Assembly (NCBI RefSeq): GCF_006345805.1
Contig: NW_021829410.1
Location: 1 to 6,351 of the forward strand
DNA: 6,351 nucleotides
Direction of reading: 5' to 3'
Source: Octopus sinensis
Lineage: Eukaryota
Shown: positions 5,812-6,351 of the stretch, piece by piece
Numbering within the stretch: position 1 is the stretch's first letter
Layout: the number at the start of each line of letters is the position of its first letter
The notes under the pieces: model-generated
Told to the model about the DNA's origin: nothing
Databases searched by the model: none
Seen by the model: the letters and a program-made list of their open reading frames with translations, nothing else
Position numbers and translations under genes: made by a program

Positions 5812-6351
5812 TATATGTATGCACGCACACATGTGTATTCCTTAAATCTGGTTGAAGGTACATGTGCTCCAGCAATTTCGACAGTCGCCCGGCTTAACTC
5901 GTCATGGTTTTTGGATATTCCCAATAGCAAGAGACAAATGTGAAAATAATAAATGAAATAAAAGAAATGTAAAAATTCCTTCAATGAAATCAAATTTATT
6001 TTGAAATTTGTATAGGTGGGTGGGAGTAGAAGGTGTGTGGAAGAGTGGTTGTTCGGGCTGGGCATGAAGAAATTCTTCTGGTTTTTAATATGAATATCTG
6101 AATTAAAAGAGAAAGCGTCAGTTAAGTGTAACTTTAAAAAAATCTCAGTTATTGTAAACGATTTGATCGCTCGTGATTTGAAGCAGCAACATGAGATATT
6201 ATCAGTCGGTTCATTTTGTCGTGAGGTCAAAGAAACAAGAAGCGGTACGTTTGAAGATCAATCATATGGTCCACAATATGTCATAATCAATAAATTCATA
6301 GGTTATCGAGTTAGGATCCTATCTCACTAACATAATGTTTGTGGGGAACAG

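Noticed and set aside
5856-5938. WIFPIARDK (5912-5938) resembling the RLE motif WDFPIQTDK, at roughly the expected distance from fragment 3 once the MITE and microsatellites are subtracted
   Set aside because: The flanking sequence shows no similarity, and such decay is inconsistent with the good preservation of fragment 3. Treated as chance unless a profile-HMM alignment supports it.
5781-6230. Longest ORF (149 aa, minus strand)
   Set aside because: No recognisable motif, it starts in AT-rich unique DNA and ends inside the MITE TIR. A BLASTP or RNA-seq hit would overturn this.

Overview
AT-rich, repeat-dense eukaryotic non-coding DNA (intronic or intergenic). I find no intact host gene, RNA gene or CRISPR array. 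The repeat landscape resembles my recollection of Octopus/cephalopod genomes; this is inference, not a database result. The window contains: (1) a full-length tRNA-headed, CORE-type SINE on the minus strand (~585-893); (2) a diverged ~130-bp direct repeat flanking a hairpin-containing spacer (1054-1475); (3) long microsatellite blocks; (4) three same-orientation decayed fragments of R4/Dong-like non-LTR retrotransposons with a restriction-like endonuclease (3987-4171, 4269-4900, 5036-5485), each separated by compound (GAT)n(AAT)n microsatellites; (5) a ~235-bp mariner-derived MITE retaining only the transposase C-terminus (5576-5811). Nearly all ORFs in the supplied track are microsatellite artefacts, and the track misses the endonuclease core at 4339-4614. 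The most interesting structure is the stacked array of microsatellite-embedded retrotransposon fragments. I see no evidence for a novel functional system.
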